This document shows positions 1 to 12,185 of a DNA stretch of 64,000 nt, piece after piece. Origin of the DNA: Octopus vulgaris (lineage: Eukaryota); NCBI GenBank assembly GCA_951406725.2, contig OX597825.1, positions 73,408,001 through 73,472,000 of the forward strand. The letters are read 5' to 3'. Below the pieces are notes generated by a model. The model did no database searches. It was not told the DNA's origin and saw nothing but the letters and a program-made list of their open reading frames with translations. How positions within the stretch are numbered: the first letter of the stretch is position 1; every line of letters starts with the position of its first letter. The position numbers and the translations under genes are program-made.

Positions 1-361
1 CCTTTTTGATATCATATTTCTGTTGAAAACATTTTGGTTTCAACTAATTTTGAAGATAATGAAGTATTTTTAAAAATAATTTTCTCATTATCAAGGTGTT
101 AGAAAAGGTATCCAACCATAGAAACCACGTGAAAGCCAACAGTGGCATTTGGTGCAGTTCTCTGGTGCACTGGCATAGAAAACATATTAAATGGTGATAA
201 GATGATATTTGAGACAAAAATAAACTTGAAATTTCGATGGAAAGATTTAATTTTGATAATTTTAAAACATGAGGTTTGTAATATAAAACTAGGGTGGTTC
301 TCGGGTGGGGGTTAGTATTCAAAGGGTTAACATGAAATTGTGATGGAAAGATTTAATTTTG

Positions 362-613
362 CAGTGTGGAAGGTGTTTATAAGCCATTTAAGAAACACAC
401 AAAACCGTTAGATTCACTTCAACATTTAAATTTAATTTGTCAAAATATTTTCGTCGCTTTAAGACTGCGACCTGTTCACTGACAAAACTTCAAGATGCAG
501 CACGAAGTTTTTGTGTGTTTCTTAAATGGCTTATAAACACCTTCCACGCTGCAATTGTTTTCGTTCCAGCACACGATCTAAGATCAAGTCACTCGCTATG
601 CAAGTACATCTCT
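362..613 (-). mobile_element. Penelope-type short foldback insertion carrying a hammerhead motif
   Basis: 12-bp direct repeat GATTTAATTTTG at 350-361 and 614-625 (an uninterrupted site is seen near 244-255). 46-bp inverted arms at 359-404 and 509-554. Confidence 0.75.
436..486 (-). ncRNA. Minimal type-I hammerhead ribozyme motif, G3:C8 core variant
   Basis: Minus strand TTTGTCA-GTGAACA-G-GTCGC-agtcttaaa-GCGAC-GAA-AATATT-T-TGACAAA: 7-bp stem I, 5-bp stem II, palindromic stem III. Confidence 0.7.
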
Positions 614-1159
614 GATTTAATTTTGATGACTTTAAAACATGAGGTTTGTAATATAAAACTAGGGTGGTTCCCGCGGGGTGGGGGGGTTAATATTCAAAGG
701 GTTAACATGAAATATTGATGGGAAGTTTTGATTTAGTTGACTCCAAAACAAGGAGTTTACATCATAGAACTAAGGATGGTCTCAGGCAGGTTGGTATCTG
801 AAGGGTTAAAATGGATTTTGTCATCCTGTGTTTATCAGAAACTTGCCTCAGACAATAGAAACAAATAGAATATCAATTGTTGATTAACTAAAGAAGTTAT
901 GATGGTGCCAGGAATATTTGCTGAGATATTTCATTTAATCAAAATGAGATTAAATACTTAATTTAGCAGAGTGGAAATGGTGAGAGGAGCTAAAAGAAAG
1001 AAACTTGGAATAAGAATGGTAGAAATTTCTGGAAGTCATTTCGTGTATTTTTGGTGTTTAATTCAGTCTTCATACCAAATTAGGAAGAATTAAATTCTGA
1101 ATAAAGCTTGAAATATTGGTTTCAAATTCTGGGACAATGTTACAATGAAAATATAACAT

Positions 1160-1576
1160 GCGCAGGAGTGGCTGTGTGGTAAGTAGCTTGCTAACCAACC
1201 ACATGGTTCCGGGTTCAGTCCCACTGCGTGGCATCTTGGGCGAGTGTCTTCTGCTATAGCCCTGGGCCGACCAATGCCTTGTGAGTGGATTTGGTAGACG
1301 GAAACTGAAAGAAGCCTGTCGTATATATGTATATATATATATATGTGTGTGTGTTTGTGTGTCTGTGTTTGTCCCCCTAGCATTGCTTGACAACCGATGC
1401 TGGTGTGTTTACGTCCCCGTTACTTAGTGGTTCGGCAAAAAAGAGACCGATAGAATAAGTACTGGGCTTACAAAGAATAAGTCCCGGGGTCGATTTGCTC
1501 GACTAAAGGCGGTGCTCCAGCATGGCCGCAGTCAAATGACTGAAACAAGTAAAAGAGTAAAAGAGTAAAAAAGAGT
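1160..1576 (+). mobile_element. tRNA-derived SINE family S1 with central (TA)n/(TG)n and AAAAGAGT tail
   Basis: A/B-box-like head (TGGCTGTGTGG...GGTTCAGTCCC); 10 or more related copies in the window. Confidence 0.9.
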
Positions 1577-1636
1577 ATGCCTGGCCAGCTTCTACCAAAC
1601 TGTCCAATCCATGCCAGCAAGGAAGGGGGACATTAA

Positions 1637-1857
1637 CCCTTTCGTTACTGCATATATTTTGAGATGTTCTGTGTTTCTTTCAATTACTTTAAATATAACA
1701 AAGAATTTAGTAAATAACTTAGTTATTATTAAAGCTAGTGTTAGGAACATAAATTGTGACTAAGGTTTGATGGAAGATTTTAATTTAGAACTTTTGGAAA
1801 CAAGACATTTGTATTACAGACCCAGAGCTGGTTTCAGCTGGGTTGGTAATGAAAGGG
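1637..1857. mobile_element. piggyBac-like MITE
   Basis: TTAA on both sides, TIR CCCTTTCGTTAC / GTAATGAAAGGG; second copy at 42210-42411. Confidence 0.85.
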
Positions 1858-2109
1858 TTAAATGAATAATAATAATAATAATGATAATACTAATGGTTTC
1901 AAATTTTGCCACAAGGGCAGCAATTTTGGTAAGGAGGAGGTAAGTCGATTATATCGACCCCAGTGTTTTACTGGTACTTAATTTATTGACCCTGAAAGGA
2001 TGATAGGCAAAGTCAATTTTAGCAGAATTCGAACTCAGAATGTAGCAACGGGTGATGCATGTACCACATGTACATGCATGTACTGTATGTACATGCATGT
2101 ATCGCGTGT

Positions 2110-2800
2110 ACCGCATTGGCTGGGGTACATGCCAATTAATTCATACCGGCCCATATATAAACACAAAAACAGGGAAAATATTCTCAAATGCAAACATGAA
2201 CTGCAAAAACAGAAATTTAATTTACTGCATCAAATGCCCAAATTGTGAAAAACTGTATGTTGGCCAAACAGGTAATGCACTTTCAGAATGCTCATGTGTG
2301 CATCGACAACAAATTAAAAACCCAGAAGTCTGCCAAATACCACTGAGTAACCATCTGGCAACACGTGGTTGGAAAACTTTTATGATATTCCCATTTCATA
2401 AAATTTACAACCTGAAGGAAATTGAGAGAAAACTGAGAGAAAAGGACTTTATTAAGAAATTCAAACCCAAGCTTAACAAACAATGATTAAATAATTCTTA
2501 TTTGGTGTCTAAAAATCTTATCCCTATTACTAAAACACAAAAAATCTCTAAAAAGTACTGCTGTCATCATTTCTAAAAATAAACATTGAAAAATGGTTTG
2601 GCAACATTTCTAAAAATAGCCAAACAACTACTACTGCTGCCCACGGGAACATATATACAAAGGACAAAAGACAGCCAGTCAACTACAGTTGAAACACTAC
2701 TGTCACAACCTGGGACCTTGAAGACTGCTTTAATGCAAGAAAGTATACTAGTCCCTTAATAAATGATATTCAATAAGACAATCAATACTTCATTTCATTT
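2110..2800 (+). mobile_element. Penelope-like retroelement 3' fragment (GIY-YIG endonuclease plus 3' region)
   Basis: ORF to 2486 contains C..RNLIYCIKCPNCEKLYVGQT...H...H...ERKLREKDFIKKFKPKLN, a Penelope-type GIY-YIG domain. A hammerhead-like motif and AATAAA follow. Confidence 0.85.
2712..2755 (+). ncRNA. Degenerate minimal hammerhead motif at the Penelope 3' end
   Basis: GGGAC-CTTGAAGA-cTGC-tttaat-GCAa-GAA-AGTATACT-A-GTCCC; extra U in the core and a mismatch at the base of stem II. Confidence 0.5.
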
Positions 2801-2992
2801 TACTATATCTATATTATTTATACTATATATTCTATATTCTGCATTAATATTATAAAGAATATAAATAAAACATAAAAAACAGACAGAGTTGGAATTCCCT
2901 TGAATAATATATACATGGTTTGGGCTTTGACTGCACGTTTTAGCATATAAGGTGTCCTGTTAGGGTTACCTCTTTTGTGTATAAATGTACAG

Positions 2993-3045
<53 letters not shown>

Positions 3046-3344
3046 TTTCATGTGTAAGCATATATGTATGTTCATGTGTATAGCTTTATAATTCTGTCAT
3101 TGAGTATTTTTTTATGAGATTTACAATACTTAATGAAATTTTCCATACAATTTAATCTGAATGTTTAAGGAAAACCATTTCTTCAGCACTGTTTCACTGA
3201 ATGTTAAGAAGAACAAAAACGAAACAAAAAATACCCCCACAAAATTTCACTGTCGGCTGTTCCTTATTTTAAATTTCAATTTCGATGTTATTTACAAAAA
3301 CCTCCATTCAATAACAGATTCACCTCAGGTAATAAGCAGATATC

Positions 3345-3364
3345 AATAATAATAATAATGATGA

Positions 3365-3441
<77 letters not shown>

Positions 3442-3797
3442 GATAATGATGATAATAATAATAATGATGATGATGATGATGATGATGATGATAGGATGAG
3501 AACGAGGAAGATGATAATGATGATGATGATGATGACAGTGATGGTGATGGTGATGGTGACAGTGGTGATGTGATAACAATGACAACAACAACAATACTGC
3601 TGCTACTGATGATGATGGCGATGATGGTGATGATGATGGTGATGATGATGGTTATGATGATAATAATACTGATGATAATGATGGGGATGATGATGATGAT
3701 GATGATGATAAAGATAATAATAAAGATAATAACAATAATGATGATGATGATAATAATAATAGTAATAATAATAATAATAACAATAATGATGATAATT
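3345..3797. repeat. Compound (AAT)n/(GAT)n microsatellite
   Basis: Directly visible. Confidence 0.95.
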
Positions 3798-4267
3798 TTT
3801 TGCATGAATTATTTTATGTAGTTAAATGCAATTTAAAATTAGTTGGTCTTTTTTTTTAATTTTTTATTTAACCTTTATAATATTATTAAATAAGGAATTG
3901 TAATTTTGCTGTTTCCCTCCTCCTTTCCTTCCTTCTTCCTTCATTTCTTTCCCCTCATTCCTTCCTGGTTTCTCTTTCCTTCTTCCCTTCTTTCCTTTCA
4001 ATGGCATGGATTTTCTGTCAGCTGCACGCGTGTCTTAGTTTACACTGCAGCAGTGCACACAATGCATTTTGATTTGAGTAAGTTGTGTCAAGGTTGCTAG
4101 TGAATTTACGAGTGTTGACTTAATTGAACCAAAACGTACACAGTAGTGTGTAAAATCCCCCAAAAAAAGAAAAAAAAAGGTGGGCCTAAAAGACAGACAA
4201 ACAAATAGGGATAACATTAGAGAATAAAAGGTATACTTTAAGGTTGTTAGGGACCAGAAACCACTTG

Positions 4268-4485
4268 CTTTACTACCCACAAGGGGCTGAACACAGAGAG
4301 GACAAACAAGGACAGACAAACGGATTAAGTTGATTATATCGACTCCAGTGTGTAACTGGTACTTATTTAATCGACCCTGAAAGGATGAAAGGCAAAGTTG
4401 ACCTCGGTGGAGTTTGAACTCAGAACGTAGCGGCATACGAAATACCGCTAAGCATTTTGCCCAGCGTGCTAATGTTTCTGCCAGT
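4268..4485 (-). mobile_element. SINE family S2 (GCCTTTCATCCTTTCGGGGTCGATAAA central domain)
   Basis: Many related copies in the window; the central domain resembles conserved metazoan SINE domains (family name not verified). Confidence 0.85.
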
Positions 4486-5104
4486 TGTTTTTATCTTACT
4501 TGTGAAGAGAAAAGCAGTCCCTTTGACCTCATAGAGGCTCTGAGACTATTGGGATGGAAGGAAGAATTTATTTATATACCTGTTACAAAGTGAACTGACA
4601 CCTCCGCACATGACTGTCAGTGGATTGGACAAGTCTTATAAATAGATGAACCAGTAGATAGCTGAGGTTGATCTGTAAGAGTGTTAGTCTCATTATTGAT
4701 TTTGCATTTGAGCATTGGATGGTTATGGTGCCAATGGTTATAATAAGATAACCAACTCTCATTACATTGCTTCTTGTTATACAGCTATATTTAGTATTAT
4801 ATATTGTTACACTCACACACAACATATATCATTACTGACGATAAAACAACTCCAGAAACCTGACCTGAAAGGTTGTAATCAAGGGCTGACACAAAGAGGA
4901 AAGGAGGGTCTTTAGGGTTGCTGGGGGCCCAGAAAACTATGTTTTGTTTTAAAATCTTTTTTTGTTAGGAGGAAAGGTAGTGCTTATGACCCTTGACAGG
5001 GCTTCTGAGAATAGTGGCATGAAAGAAAGAGGTTGTTCTTATGCCAGAGACCTGTAAAAATATGTCCTGACAAGGGGAAATATTACCTTGCTTCAAAAAA
5101 ATAT

Positions 5105-5360
5105 AAAGGTAAAGGTTACGTTCACGAGTCATGCTGACTCATAAGGGCCATTTTCCCGGTTTCATGGCACATAAATTCCCCACCTGGATGGGACGCTAGT
5201 CCATCGCAGGAGTACTCACTTTTGCCAATTGAGTGGACTGGAGGAGCATAAAATGAAGTGTTTTACTCAAGAACACAATGCATCACCCGGTCCAGGATTT
5301 GAAACCACAATCTTATGATCGTGAGTCCAACACCCTAACTACTAAGTCATGTTCCTCCAC
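5105..5360 (-). mobile_element. SINE family S3 (CORE-like)
   Basis: tRNA-like head plus GTGTTCTTGAG..AAACACTT...TGCTCC.CCAGTCCACTCA domain shared with other copies. Confidence 0.75.
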
Positions 5361-5513
5361 TTTTATCTTATTTAGAATCAAGTGAACATTGGCAACAAGA
5401 AGAACATCCGGCCATCAAAAATCTGCCTCACTAAATCATGTCTAACTCCTCTATACAAGCGTAAATAAGTAATTGTTGAAATGATGATAATATCTCTGTA
5501 TTTGTCCGTCTCT

Positions 5514-5760
<247 letters not shown>

Positions 5761-5809
5761 TCTGTTTGTCTATGTGTCCTTGTATATTAGTGTGTGAACA
5801 TATATATAA

Positions 5810-6142
5810 AGACCCCCTTTGGTCATGACTGACCATGGGATTGCACCTAAAAGTTCCCCTCCTAGGTCCAAGTCTGGGCAAGGTTGTTTTATGGAAGACC
5901 AGCAGTTGCCCATGCAAACCATTCTTCCCTCTCCACGCCACTGATGTTATCCAAAGGAAAGGCAAAGGGGTTGATACAGCTTGGCACCAGTGACGTCGCA
6001 ACTCATTTCTACAGCTGAGTGAACTGGAGCAACGTGAAATAAAGTGTCTTGCTCAAGAACACAACACACAGCCTGGTCTGGGGATTGAACTCATTACCCC
6101 ATGATTGTGAGTCTGATGCTCTAACCACTGGGCCATGCACTT
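5810..6142 (-). mobile_element. SINE family S3 (CORE-like)
   Basis: Closely similar to the copy at 35310-35580. Confidence 0.8.
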
Positions 6143-6603
6143 TCACACACACACACACACACACACACCCACACACCCACACACATACACACACACATGA
6201 AATTTCAATGCAGAGATTTGATTTTGATTTTGATTTTTCCAGTTTCAGCTAATGAGCTGTGGCCATGCTGGGGCACCGCCATTTAGATATCTACAATTTT
6301 ATAAAATAAACTTTACTTATAAAGCAAATGCAATTATATGTCCCCTGATATGCACGGAATAATAATATTGTTGTTTTCCCCAATATTTTTCTGCCCTTGG
6401 AAAGATATATTGAAAAAAACGTATTTACATTTGTTTATATTTTGTAGCAAGATTTATAATTTAAACTTTGGTCATCGCCAAGGTTGAAGACACTTGCCAA
6501 AGGTACATTACAGTGGCATTGAACACAAGAACCATGTGGTTTGCAACCAAACTTCTTAACCACACAGCCATACTGGTACTTACAATATACTAATATATAC
6601 TAA

Positions 6604-6978
6604 CTAGCAGTATCGCCCGGCGTTGCTCAGGTTTGTAAGGGAAATAACTATAAAGCATTTTTAGAGAGTTATAGCCAAAAAATAGCAAAAAAATTATGGT
6701 AAATTTTTTTTTGAGGGATAAAAAAGGTGGAGTTGCGTCCCCTAGACGGTCTGTTTTTTGGGTTTCAGATTCTCGACCCCATGTCGAATTTATCGATTTT
6801 TTTCAGAACTGGGGGAACTTTTCAAAATTTTCGCTGCGTTAGTTTTGAATTATGACATTGGGCTATGTGTGTGTCAAGTTTCATGAGAATCGGTTGAAAG
6901 CCGTGGTCAGAGTGAGGGTACGAGAAAACAGACACACAGAAACACGCACAGACAAACTGCCGTTTATATATAGAGAGA
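6604..6978 (-). mobile_element. Non-autonomous Helitron
   Basis: Minus strand starts TC, ends with a GC-rich subterminal hairpin and CTAG, inserted between A and T; 3' end shared with 30974-31372. Confidence 0.8.
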
Positions 6979-7171
6979 TAATATACTAGTCATAATTCAA
7001 GACCTGTACTCTGCAGCAGAATTGTTAAGACTGGTCCCTCTGGCAGTGTAAAGCACTTGTATGATGCCACATAAAAGCACTTGTGTGGTGCCAGGTAAAA
7101 CTGCCCACACACCTGAGTAGTGTCACATAAAAGCACTCAACACACTCTGTAATGTGGTTGGCATTAGAAAC

Positions 7172-7585
7172 TGCTGGCAGAAACATTAGCACACTGGGCG
7201 AAATGCTTAGCAGTATTTTGTCTGCCGTTATGTTGTGAGTTCAAATTCCGCTGAGGTCAACTTTGCCTTTCATCCTTTCGGGATCGATAAATTAAGTACC
7301 AGTTACGCACTGGGGTCGATGTAATCGACTTAATCCGTTTGTCTGTCTGTCCTTGTTTGTCCCCTCTGTGTTTAGCCCCTTGTGGGTTGTAAAGAAATAG
7401 GTATTTTGTCTGCCGTTACATTCTGAGTTGAAATTCCGCCGAGGTCAACTTTGCCTTTCATCCTTTCGGGGTCAATAAATTAAGTACCAGTTACGCACTG
7501 GGGTCGATGTAATTGACTTAATCCGTTTGTCTGTCCTTGTTTGTCCCCTCTGTGTTTAGCCCCTTGTGGGCAATAAAGAAATAAG
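7172..7585 (+). mobile_element. SINE S2, tandem dimer
   Basis: Two consecutive ~185-bp body units after a single head. Confidence 0.85.
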
Positions 7586-7722
7586 AAAATATGCCAAATC
7601 AGACAACTGGAGTCTGGTGGTGCTCCCCAGTTTGCCAGCTCTGGTTAAACTGTCCAGCATGGACAATGAAGGTTAAATGATGATAGTGATGATGATAATG
7701 ATGACGATGATGATGCTGATGC

Positions 7723-7762
<40 letters not shown>

Positions 7763-8004
7763 TAACAAACAAAAAAGCCAAAACAAAGTGAAAAACACTA
7801 GGAAATAGCTACAAAAATCTTAACAAAATAATTATACTGAGTCATAAATAAATATGTTTTGTCGAGGACAGGGAAAAAAATTGACACGAAGTGTATTTTT
7901 ATATTAATTAGTTTAATAATGGAATAACCCCCACCCCATCCCACCCCATCCCACCCCCCCAAAAAATAATAATAATTATGATAATAATAATAATAATAAT
8001 AATA

Positions 8005-8042
<38 letters not shown>

Positions 8043-8371
8043 AATAATAATAATAACAATATTGTTTTGTCTTATTTCGACTTGGTGATATTTTACTGAA
8101 TTGCTATGTTTATTACCGGTGAAATATAAGTATGGTTGCAGCAAATAATAATAAAAAAAAAGAGAGAAAGGTATCATAATGCCTATAAAACAAAAACAGC
8201 TTATTATAGAACGAAATGTACTGCGACCGATTCTCTTGGAGGAAAACAGATTGGTTTTCATTTAATTAGGAGACAAATTCCGTTCAATTAAAAGAGTACA
8301 CAAAATGAGAAAAATACGAACAAATCAATATGGTTTGTGAATTTATGGAGACACACACACACACACACACT

Positions 8372-8412
<41 letters not shown>

Positions 8413-8732
8413 ACACATTCACACACAGATATAGAGAGTTTCAGATTTTTAATAGATTAATAGATAACGAGGGCTATTTTGGTTTGACACAAGAATTTAA
8501 TGGAACATTGAAATATAATCTGCAACAAACTTTAAAATAAATCTATTTTTGAAACATAAAATGCTTTTTGCTGCATTTTTTTTTGTTTTTTTTTTCTGCT
8601 TGTTGAGGTCTAAGAAATTCCTTAATCACTGAAATTTTCTTAGTTAATTTTAGTCACCTTAATAAATATCTTAATGTAACGAACATTACAATGGTTGAGC
8701 TAGAAATAAATATATCACGAGACCAATGCATC

Positions 8733-8990
8733 ATTTCATCATCATTGTTCGACCGTGGTCGAGACAATGGAATTTACCATGCTACGCGAGACTTCACGGT
8801 CCATCATGACATTACAGAGGTCCTGTTGCTGGATGCCTGTATCCCTGGAGATTACATCAGGGTAGGAGAGTGTGCGCCCTCTGGTATTGCGAGTAGATGG
8901 CTTCAAGAGGAGAAGAGTAGAAATTACTTCTTTTTCAGCTCTACAACAATGTCCAGCAAACTGGACTCTCCTGCCTTTCACAAGAGACTG
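8733..8990 (-). mobile_element. RTE-clade LINE 3' fragment
   Basis: RRVQFAGHCCR...LLLLKP...RGRTLSYPDVISRDTG...MMDREV matches the C-terminal pattern of RTE ORFs; ends in a TGA/GAT-type tail. Confidence 0.75.
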
Positions 8991-9208
8991 CTAAAAAGCT
9001 AATTAGAAGTATATATGTTGTGAGGTAAATATACAGACAGACAGACAGACAGACAAACAGATAGATAAAAATATAATTGAGTTAAGTGTTAACATGTATA
9101 ATAAGAGACCATTAAAAAAGCCAACTAAAAATATGTCACGAGACAAATAAATAGATAGCTAGACAGATAAATAACTGGGCAGACTAACAAATGGATTTAT
9201 AAGATAGG

Positions 9209-9294
<86 letters not shown>

Positions 9295-9710
9295 CATGCA
9301 TGCAGACATACATACATATATAGATAGATATAATTGACTGAAATGTCAACACTGACTATAAATACATATCAAGGTAGACTGATTGATGGAGAAATAGTCA
9401 ATTTAAGTGTTGATGTATTTAATATACTGTGCTTTTAAAAAGCTAACTAGAAACGTGTGTGGCAAGACAGATGTAGATAGATAAACAGACAGATAGATGG
9501 ATAGATAGATAGATTGATCGACAGATAGATAGACTAATAGATAGAATGACAGAAAGGTATAGATAGATATAGATAGATAAACAGACAGATAGATGGATAG
9601 ATAGATAGATAGATAGATAGATAATTGAGTTAATTGTAAATATATTTGATACATGGACTCTTAAGTAGCTGACTAGAAATATATATGTAGAGACTGAATT
9701 ATAGTCATAC

Positions 9711-9839
9711 TTCTGTCAAATATGCGTTGTTAAGTGAATGACATATATCCATGGTCTTTAAGAAGGAGATTTCTCCAGCACTTTGGTTTGGGGTTATTGG
9801 ATCTAATGAAGGGCCAGTGAATATTTGAAAGGCCTCTTC
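9711..9839 (-). CDS. Candidate downstream exon on the SK strand
   Basis: Long pyrimidine tract then ttttgaag, donor gaa|gtatga, 129 nt. Only phase 0 is open: EEAFQIFTGPSLDPITPNQSAGEISFLKTMDICHSLNNAYLTE; no recognised homology. Confidence 0.25.
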
Positions 9840-10264
9840 CTTCAAAACCAGAAAAAATGGAAAAAAAACCAACAAACAAAAAACAAGCAAAAACCAAAAC
9901 AGTACAAAGCTCATATATTTCTTGAATTTTTTTTAATTCTCAGGCATCTCCTACTGGAATCTGAAATCACAGTTGAGCATAGAAAGGATTTCCTCTCAGG
10001 TCATTGCTTTAGAAGTGGATAGTCTTCTGTCACTAAACTTTAGTTGTTTTATGAGTAGGGAATCTTTTATTTCACACATCTTTGCAAACAGAATGCCAGC
10101 AGACAATTTGTTGACAGGAGAAATGATGACAATGCCACAGCTTGTCATTTGCAATTTTTCAGACAAGTACAAATCGAAACAAACTCATACATGTTCACAC
10201 ACACAAGCAAGCAGAAACACACACAAACATAATAGGCTTCTTTCAGTTTTTATTTCTTGACTGT

Positions 10265-10665
10265 CCACTAGGAGCTACACACAGAGAAGACAAACAAAGA
10301 CAGACAAACGGATTCAGTCGATTATATCGACCCCAGTGCGTAACAGGTACTTATTTAATCGACCCCGAAAGGATGAAAGGCAAAGTTGACCTCGGCAGAA
10401 TTTGAACTCAGACCGTAATGGCAGATGAAATACCTATTTCTTTACTACCCACAAGGGGCTAAACACAGAGAGGACAAACAAGGACAGACAAACGGATTAA
10501 GTCGATTATATCGACCCCAGTGTGTAACAGGTACTTATTTAATCGACCCTGAAAGGATGAAAGGCAAAGTTGACCTCGGCAGAATTTGAACTCGGGACGT
10601 AGTGGCAGACGAAATACTGCTGAGCATTTTGCCCAGCATGCTAACGTTTCTGCCAGCTCGCCGCC
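10265..10665 (-). mobile_element. SINE S2, tandem dimer
   Basis: Reverse-complement match to the 7172-7585 family. Confidence 0.85.
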
Positions 10666-10992
10666 ATTTCAGGCTTCTTTCAGTTTCTGCCAACCAAATC
10701 CTCTCACCCAGAACTATAATGGAAGATACTTGGCCAAGATGTCAAGCTGCAGGATTGAACTCTAAGCCATGCTGGTTGTGAAGTGAATTTCTCAATCACT
10801 CAACCATGCTTGTGGCTATATGTATATGTGTGTATAATTGTGTGTGTAAATGTGTATATACATACATACAAACATTCATTCATACCTACCTACCTGCTTA
10901 CCTAACTACCTACCTACCTACCTACCTACCTACCTACCTACCTACCTACAATCATACATACATACATACATACATACATACATACATACATA

Positions 10993-11187
10993 CAGAGTGG
11001 TGCAAAAGTCTGGACCCATAGAGAAATTACAAACAAGTATTTCTTATCTTTAACATGATTTTGATCATATAATTATCATATCTAATTCCATTTTTCTGTC
11101 TTTCTGATTGGTAACTATGGCAGAAAAGCTAACAATTTCAGAAAGAGTAGAACCATAGATTGTTATATAGTAAATTGCACCACCCTG
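10993..11187. mobile_element. Tc1/mariner-like MITE
   Basis: TIR CAGAGTGGTGCAA / TTGCACCACCCTG, TA on the left flank. Confidence 0.6.
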
Positions 11188-11205
11188 TGTATGTGTATAT
11201 ATATA

Positions 11206-11422
11206 CAGTTAATCCAAACATGAAGACACAAAGAGAAAACACAACACCGCGAGGACGTGGAACAAGTATAGTATTATTGGACGCTCAGGGAAGAAGGGAA
11301 GAAGGAGGGTTTAACGTTTCGAGCAGAGCTCTTCGTCAGAAACATAGGAAAAGGAAAGATCCAAAGAAGGGAAGATGGAGGAAAAGATTCACCAACGGTA
11401 CACATGTGGTCATATTTTGAAT
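11206..11422 (-). mobile_element. Short hammerhead-bearing element, family A
   Basis: Homologous to 49785-49989; lies in TA/CA microsatellite. Confidence 0.7.
11309..11343 (-). ncRNA. Minimal type-I hammerhead ribozyme motif with intact core
   Basis: GTTT-CTGACGA-A-GAGC-tct-GCTC-GAA-ACGT-T-AAAC. Confidence 0.75.
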
Positions 11423-11431
11423 GTATATACG

Positions 11432-11464
<33 letters not shown>

Positions 11465-12132
11465 GCACAGAGACCCACACATCCATGCACATATTCAAAA
11501 CCACATGAAAACCATTCACTGTATTTTGTCAGGAAGAGAATTTCTTGCTGTAGACAAATAGGTGTAAATGCACCGAGTCAATTTGAAGCCAGGCTGATGG
11601 ATGCCTGCATTTCAAGGTAGTTATTACCTCTTCAGCACCAGACGCTGGAAGAGGGAGGCACAGTATATATATATTTATATATATGGGAAGCAAGCTATCT
11701 CTTTAACCTGGAGTAATTTGTGGATTCCTCTGAAGAGAAATGAAATCTTATTGGTTAAATTTTGAAAACATATGATGGAGTCTTATCAAATTACTTCATT
11801 CAGTGAATTTTACCTCACTGATGAAAAATGTTGTGACTTGCCCCTTACAGTCCCTTTGAATATCTCATGAGGTTGGGGATTTTGTGTGTCTATTCAAGTT
11901 ATATTTTTTAGCAATTGCAGGTGCTATTTTGTACCCCTATTTATGTATTCCACCTTTGTGGGTTTTAATTACTTTAGTCACCCAGATTATATCGTATTTA
12001 TTATATCACAATATTAATTTATCATTATAATATCTTATTGTATGTTTATATATATATATATATATATGACTTGAGATATTTGCCTTGCCTTAACGTTTGT
12101 TATCCTCTTTAACAATTATATATGTATATATG

Positions 12133-12185
<53 letters not shown>

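Larger units (their letters stand above)
1..808. mobile_element. Cluster of piggyBac-like MITE pieces ending in AAGGG-TTAA
   Basis: Three related segments end in aagggttaa (near 330, 705, 808); internal sequence resembles the 1637-1857 family. Confidence 0.5.

Noticed and set aside
3320-3821. Long poly-I/N/M ORFs, and the many YI/CV/HT/LSIY ORFs elsewhere in the track
   Set aside because: Translations of stop-free microsatellites; no splice or homology support.
4580-4672. Minus-strand exon-like segment with branch point ACTAAC and acceptor CTTACAG
   Set aside because: Stops in all three frames. The phase-1 reading (QPQLSTGSSIYKTCPIH*) could only be a terminal exon and has no SK similarity.
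8691-9002. 103-aa plus-strand ORF
   Set aside because: Antisense shadow of the RTE fragment.
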